Shown in pieces: positions 59,671 to 64,000 of a stretch of 64,000 nucleotides of DNA. A program made the position numbers and the translations under genes. Position 1 is the stretch's first letter; each line of letters starts with the position of its first letter. The DNA is from an uncultured Roseobacteraceae bacterium (lineage in GTDB: Bacteria; Pseudomonadota; Alphaproteobacteria; Rhodobacterales; Rhodobacteraceae): positions 13,574 through 77,573 of the forward strand of contig CAXIAS010000003.1 in assembly GCA_964022195.1 (NCBI GenBank), given 5' to 3'. The notes under the pieces are model-generated. The model ran no database searches, had not been told where the DNA came from, and worked only from the letters and a program-made list of their open reading frames with translations.

Positions 59671-59809
59671 TTCCCGCGGGGTTCGTTTGTTTCCATGCCT
59701 TCACCAAAACCTATGATTACCCCTCAATTGTCAGGCGAGTGTCCCATTCTTGCCTGATTTCAGGGTCAAACCTGCCTTAACGAATTATTGAGCTGAGACA
59801 GGAGCGAGC

Positions 59810-60715
59810 ATGGATCGCCTGACCGAAATGGAAGCCTTTGCCACAGTCGTGGACCAAGGTGGATTTACCGACGCGGCCAAAAAGATGGGGATTTCGAAAT
59901 CCGCTGTCTCTAAACATGTCTCTTCGCTAGAGGCACGTCTGGGCGCACGTCTGCTAAACCGGACAACCCGCCGCGTTAGCCCTACCGAAATCGGGCTGGC
60001 CTATTACGACCGTGCCCGCCGCGTTCTGAATGACGCAGGTGAAGCGGATGCGCTGGTGACATCAATGCAATCAGCGCCATCCGGCCTGTTGCGGATCAGT
60101 GTAGCCACGGATTTCGGGGTCAACCACCTGTCCCCGATCCTTGGTGACTTTCTGAACGAATTTCCTGACATTACGGTCAACATGGTGCTGAACAACCGCT
60201 ATGTTGAGCTGATTTCCGAAGGGTTCGATATGGCCGTGCGGATTGGCGAGCTGGAAGACAGCACCCTGCGCGCCCGCAAGCTGACCGAAACATCCAAGAA
60301 GATGATCGCCAGCCCCGCTTACTTCGAACAATACGGCCGCCCCGAAAAGATCGACGATCTGAACGAACACAAGCTGCTGCACTATTCCAACCAGTCGAAT
60401 TCCGCTGTGTGGAAACTGACGGCACCCTCTGGCGAAAAACGTCAGGTGCGCACAGCGGGCTGGCTAACAGTCAACGACGGGCAATCCTTGCTGAACGCCT
60501 GTATCGGCGGGCTTGGCATCGCCTACCTGCCTAGTTTCCTCTATGCGGACGCCCTGAAACAAGGTCTGGTGGAAGAAGCGATCCCCGATCTTCCGGGTGA
60601 AACCCAAGGCATCTACGCGGTCTACCCGCCCGGCCGCTTTACGCAGCCCAAGGTCCGCGCATTCATTGATTACCTCGTGCACGAGCTGGCCGACAAAGGC
60701 CCGAACGAATGGTAA
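59810..60715 (+). CDS. LysR family transcriptional regulator
   Basis: It has an N-terminal wHTH (MEAFATVVDQGGFTDAAKKMGISKSAVSKHVSSLEARLG) plus a LysR substrate-binding domain. Confidence 0.9.
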   Translation: MDRLTEMEAFATVVDQGGFTDAAKKMGISKSAVSKHVSSLEARLGARLLNRTTRRVSPTEIGLAYYDRARRVLNDAGEADALVTSMQSAPSGLLRISVATDFGVNHLSPILGDFLNEFPDITVNMVLNNRYVELISEGFDMAVRIGELEDSTLRARKLTETSKKMIASPAYFEQYGRPEKIDDLNEHKLLHYSNQSNSAVWKLTAPSGEKRQVRTAGWLTVNDGQSLLNACIGGLGIAYLPSFLYADALKQGLVEEAIPDLPGETQGIYAVYPPGRFTQPKVRAFIDYLVHELADKGPNEW

Positions 60716-60754
60716 TCTAAGATTTCCCAACGGTGTAGTAAACACGCCCAACTG

Positions 60755-60792
60755 GCGCGGCCCCTGTATAGGTGGCCGCGCTTTTCTATTTT
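60755..60792 (+). terminator. rho-independent terminator candidate after the LysR gene
   Basis: GCGCGGCC...GGCCGCGC stem followed by TTTTCTATTTT, read directly. Confidence 0.55.
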
Positions 60793-60851
60793 CGGCATCG
60801 TTAAACTCACCTCAACTACTGCGCGTTATCGTCCCCGTCAAAGGATATGCG

Positions 60852-61607
60852 ATGGCCCGATTTTACGACTTTCTTGCGCCTAGGAACTGGATTGCTGTCC
60901 TATATCGGACGGCATTCACAATTCTACTGGCCTTTGGCGGTTTGGTCGCGTTTGCGCATTTCAGCGGTGGTGTCCGTCAGTCCCTGACCTACCATTTCTT
61001 CGAGGCGCTTTTTGTTGGCGGTCCGCTTATTTTCGGGGGTTTTGCATCGGGAATGTATCAATACCGGTTGCAAAAACGGCTGTCACTTTTGTCGCGCAAG
61101 GACGGGCTGACGGGGCTAAACAACCGGCGGACGTTCATGGATCTTGCCAATCAGCGGCTTGAACATGTTGGTCGCGGCGTACTGTTCTTGCTGGACGCCG
61201 ACCATTTCAAACGAATCAATGACAACTATGGACACAGCGTCGGGGATGTCTGCCTCGAGGAAATCGCGCATCGTCTGAAATGGAACATGCGCACCAATGA
61301 TGTCGCGGGCCGGATCGGCGGCGAGGAATTTGCAATCTATTTTGCAGGCGCGACCATCGAACAGGCCCGTGTGATTGCAGGTCGTATCGGACAGCCGATC
61401 ACCTACCAGACGGGCAACATGGATGAATGCAAAACGCTGACCCTGTCGATGGGCGCGGTGCAGGTATCATCAGACATTTCTTTGCATGAATTGCTGATCA
61501 GGGCCGATGACGCCCTTTACAAGGCCAAGCGCACGGGGCGCGCAAAACTGGTCATCTGGGAAGAGGGACTGGAATCAATGGTCGAGGTCGATCAGTCCGT
61601 TGCCTAA
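60852..61607 (+). CDS. diguanylate cyclase (GGEEF) with small N-terminal membrane domain
   Basis: ORF trimmed to ATG 60852. It has 2-3 TM helices, then DGLTGLNNRR, DADHFKRINDNYGH, and the I-site RTND five residues before GGEEF. Confidence 0.85.
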   Translation: MARFYDFLAPRNWIAVLYRTAFTILLAFGGLVAFAHFSGGVRQSLTYHFFEALFVGGPLIFGGFASGMYQYRLQKRLSLLSRKDGLTGLNNRRTFMDLANQRLEHVGRGVLFLLDADHFKRINDNYGHSVGDVCLEEIAHRLKWNMRTNDVAGRIGGEEFAIYFAGATIEQARVIAGRIGQPITYQTGNMDECKTLTLSMGAVQVSSDISLHELLIRADDALYKAKRTGRAKLVIWEEGLESMVEVDQSVA

Positions 61608-61608
61608 A

Positions 61609-62526
61609 TCACTGGGACGACGTGATGATAACCTCGACCCTGCGATTGGCCTCGCGTCCTTGGGGGGTCAGGTTCGGGGCGATGGGTGATAGATACCCCA
61701 TACCCTGCGCGTCCAGTTGGCGGCGCGGCACACCGTAGTCGGTGACCAACCGTTCTAACACCGACGCGGCCCGCCGTTTTGACAGGGCGATGTTTCCCTC
61801 TAGCGATCCTTGGTTGTCGGTGTGCCCGACCAGCGCTACCGTCAGGTCGGGAACGCCTGCCAGATAATCGGTCAGCTGCCCCAAAGCATCAAATGGTCCT
61901 TCGCCCAGCCGTGCTGATCCTGTCTCGAACCGCAGCCCGTCCAAAACGGCCCGCCCAGAACGACCGAGGCCGGCCGCGATACCATCATTGGTTTCGGCAT
62001 CGGTATCACTGCGCAGCGCAGGGGCGCTGGTGGATGCCAATGTCTCGTCGTTTTGGCTGACCCGCGTGACCTGCACGTAGCCTTCGGTCGGGGTTGGGCT
62101 GGCCAGAATGCTGACCGTCGTCTCGCCTAGGCGGGCGGCCAGATAGCGAAAATCGCCCAAGGACACGAACATATCGGGCGGTGGCAGGATGGCTTGCGCA
62201 AAACGAAAGTCGAACCCCCCGCAATCGCGGTCAGCACACTCATAGACGACGCGGTATCCGTCATTGCGCAGCTGTTCTCTTAGGGGGCGGATCAATTGCA
62301 AACTGGTCAGTCCCGTGGCCTCGATCCGCCATGCCTGACGGGTCAGGCGGCCTTCGGATATGTGGGTTTCGACATAGCCGTCGGTCCATGGGCCAACCGC
62401 CATGGCGTAGCTGTCCAGTGCGGACACCTCTTGGGATGTCATCCGCGCGTTGGACGGAAACGACAGGGTCTGCGCCGCAGCTGGTCCGGCAAATACCGCC
62501 GCAAAAAGGGCCGCTGCGCGGATCAT
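61609..62526 (-). CDS. OmpA-family (OmpA_C-like peptidoglycan-associated) protein with unassigned N-terminal domain
   Basis: ORF 61609..63012 trimmed to ATG 62526. It has a signal peptide (MIRAAALFAAVFAGPAAA-QT) and a C-terminal OmpA-like block (VGHTDNQGSLEGNIALSKRRAASV...ANRRVEV). Confidence 0.82.
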   Translation of the reverse strand: MIRAAALFAAVFAGPAAAQTLSFPSNARMTSQEVSALDSYAMAVGPWTDGYVETHISEGRLTRQAWRIEATGLTSLQLIRPLREQLRNDGYRVVYECADRDCGGFDFRFAQAILPPPDMFVSLGDFRYLAARLGETTVSILASPTPTEGYVQVTRVSQNDETLASTSAPALRSDTDAETNDGIAAGLGRSGRAVLDGLRFETGSARLGEGPFDALGQLTDYLAGVPDLTVALVGHTDNQGSLEGNIALSKRRAASVLERLVTDYGVPRRQLDAQGMGYLSPIAPNLTPQGREANRRVEVIITSSQ

Positions 62527-63089
62527 CTGTTTTGGCTGTGATATTCCGGATTGGGCCGCATATCCGTGGCCGAGGCGATCCGGTTCGTCATGTTGTAAAA
62601 ACCCGCCGTTGCAGCAATGTCCCAAATATCGCGGTCGCTGAACCCGACACGGCGCAGCAGATCGCGATCCGCCTCTTGGATCTTGGCGCTGGACACTGTC
62701 ATCAGTTCGGCGAATTCCAGCATCGCCTTTTGCCGCGCATCCAGATCGGCGACCCGCCAGTTCATCACCAGCATCTCGCCCAGCTCTGGATTGCCCGACA
62801 ATGCCCGCACCGCTTGGCCGTGGGCTGTCAGACAATAATAGCATTTGTTGATCGACGACACCGCAACGGCGATCATTTCGCGGTCCAGTTTCGACAGGCC
62901 CGAATCCGCCAGCATCACGTCGTTGTAAAGGGCGGTGAACGCGTTCAGCTTGTCGATATCGAACGCATAGGCCTGCAGGACATTCGGGATCAGCCCCAGT
63001 TTTTCCTGACAAATGTCGAAATACTTTTGCGTGGCCTCTGGCAGCGGGTCAACCATCGGCAGGTCTAGGGCGGTCGGTTTATCGGTCAC
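62523..63089 (-). CDS. AhpD-like/CMD-family peroxidase-related protein
   Basis: GTG 63089 overlaps the upstream stop (GTGA), and its stop overlaps the OmpA-like start (ATGA). It has a CxxC in the CMD context (SINKCYYCLTAHG). Confidence 0.78.
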   Translation of the reverse strand: MTDKPTALDLPMVDPLPEATQKYFDICQEKLGLIPNVLQAYAFDIDKLNAFTALYNDVMLADSGLSKLDREMIAVAVSSINKCYYCLTAHGQAVRALSGNPELGEMLVMNWRVADLDARQKAMLEFAELMTVSSAKIQEADRDLLRRVGFSDRDIWDIAATAGFYNMTNRIASATDMRPNPEYHSQNR

Positions 63090-63817
63090 GTCAGAGGCTC
63101 CGGTTTGATACGATAGTGATAGTGTCCCACAACCGTCATCCCGAGGGAAGCATATAGGGCATTGGCTGCGGCATTGGCCTGCGTAGTGATCAGGCTTAGG
63201 TGCGTGGCCCCATTGTCTCGGGCCCAGTTGGCACAGCCGATAGTCAACCCGCGGGCCAGACCGCGCCGCCTGTAATCGGCGCTGATTTCTAGCGCGTGCA
63301 GCATTGCAATCGGCCCGTCGAGCGCCACAAAAACGGTGCCCGCCGGACAATCATTCGTCCGTCCAAGGATCGCGGTTTTGGGCTCTGATGCCCGCGCCAT
63401 CACATCCAGACGCCTTGGCCCGACGCCACCTGCGGCCCATATTTCGCGTTGGGCTGCCAGCGGGGGCCACGCGGGAAAGGCGGTTTTGGGTGGTAGCACG
63501 GCACACAGGTCATCCACCGCGCAGACGTAAAACGAAACAGGGTCCATGATGGTGTATCCCGCAGCGTCCAGTTGGCTGTCCAGCGCTTCGTCGCCTGCGC
63601 GGATCATGAACAATGGGTCTTGGCCCATCGCGATCATTGCCTGTGCGGCCGCGTCGACGTCCGCGTCGGTCGCCGCGCTGTTTGCCGTCGCGGCACTGAC
63701 CCTACTGCCGCCACCCTCCCCTTGGCGCAGCGTAAACGGGCCGTTGTTCGTGAGCTTGGCCGCCGGCCACGTGGCGTCCACCACGCCGTAGAGGGTTTGA
63801 ATATCCGGCAGGCTCAT
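63086..63817 (-). CDS. GNAT family N-acetyltransferase
   Basis: It has a C-terminal acetyl-CoA-binding pattern (ISADYRRRGLARGL ... ANALYASLGM). Confidence 0.78.
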   Translation of the reverse strand: MSLPDIQTLYGVVDATWPAAKLTNNGPFTLRQGEGGGSRVSAATANSAATDADVDAAAQAMIAMGQDPLFMIRAGDEALDSQLDAAGYTIMDPVSFYVCAVDDLCAVLPPKTAFPAWPPLAAQREIWAAGGVGPRRLDVMARASEPKTAILGRTNDCPAGTVFVALDGPIAMLHALEISADYRRRGLARGLTIGCANWARDNGATHLSLITTQANAAANALYASLGMTVVGHYHYRIKPEPLT

Positions 63818-64000
63818 TCGGCGAACACCTGCGCCAACGCGTCCATCGCGACGTTCAAAGCCGCCGCGTCGTCCCCGCGCACCACCAGATTGGCGCCGTA
63901 AATGCCGTTTTCCTGAAACGGATAGGACCCGACCGACAGGTCGGGATGGGCGGCTGCGAACTGACCCAGTGGTCCGGCGATGTCTCCTTCGCCGCGCACC
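63814..64000 (-). CDS. C-terminal end of a CinA-like/molybdopterin-binding-domain protein (gene continues past the right edge)
   Basis: The reading frame is open to position 64000, and its stop overlaps the GNAT start (ATGA). The family guess rests on the tail ...SVGSYPFQENGIYGANLVVRGDD... only. Confidence 0.4.
   Translation of the reverse strand, partial: VRGEGDIAGPLGQFAAAHPDLSVGSYPFQENGIYGANLVVRGDDAAALNVAMDALAQVFAE

Noticed and set aside
59777-59791. Near-CtrA box TTAACGAATTATTGA just upstream of the LysR gene
   Set aside because: Only one TTAA half-site is intact (the other reads TTGA), and it sits where the RBS region should be. This is too weak to report.
62527-63012. 162-codon N-terminal extension of the OmpA-like ORF
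   Set aside because: The extension overlaps the AhpD-like gene out of frame and is Arg/Gly-rich. A clean signal peptide begins at Met 62526.

Overview
This is a dense, roughly 60% GC chromosomal segment. Gene content and local synteny look alphaproteobacterial, probably Rhodobacterales; that is inference only, since no search was run. I call about 70 protein-coding genes, almost all with short gaps or 1-4 nt start/stop overlaps. I recognised no rRNA, tRNA, CRISPR array, transposase, integrase, phage gene or known defence gene.

Main blocks, left to right:
- kdsB-kdsA.
- A LacI-regulated TctABC (TTT) uptake locus joined to a CoA-acylating aldehyde dehydrogenase, an AMP-forming CoA ligase and a RidA-like protein.
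- A GlxA/AraC-type regulator next to the sarcosine oxidase operon soxBDAG.
- A carboxymuconolactone-decarboxylase-family (CMD) gene coupled to a GAPDH paralog.
- An ABC-2 exporter, an S49 peptidase and a Ca/Na antiporter.
- uvrC-pgsA-moaD-moaE, then tag and phaA-phaB.
- ispB and ispE, ETF-QO, greA, fghA.
- accD-folC, ilvD, fadH.
- Three c-di-GMP genes (one EAL, two GGDEF).

The most interesting region is 45.3-49.2 kb, downstream of accD-folC. It holds two diverged tandem copies of an uncharacterised two-gene module. Each module pairs a periplasmic rhodanese-homology protein that lacks the catalytic Cys with a membrane-anchored LysM protein. Each copy sits behind a near-identical promoter-like element containing GGTGATTCGTTT, and a Cys-rich secreted ORF lies between the copies.

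Other points worth a second look:
- A CPBP-type protease gene interrupted by one in-frame TAG.
- A tightly packed 55-codon Cys-rich membrane ORF missing from the ORF track.
- A perfect CtrA-type TTAA-N7-TTAA box in an AT-rich island upstream of uvrC.
- A 10-bp perfect tandem repeat in the ilvD control region.
- A possibly decayed small gene in a 430-bp gap.

All functional calls rest on motif and family recognition by eye. Start codons were chosen from context and are less certain than stop positions.
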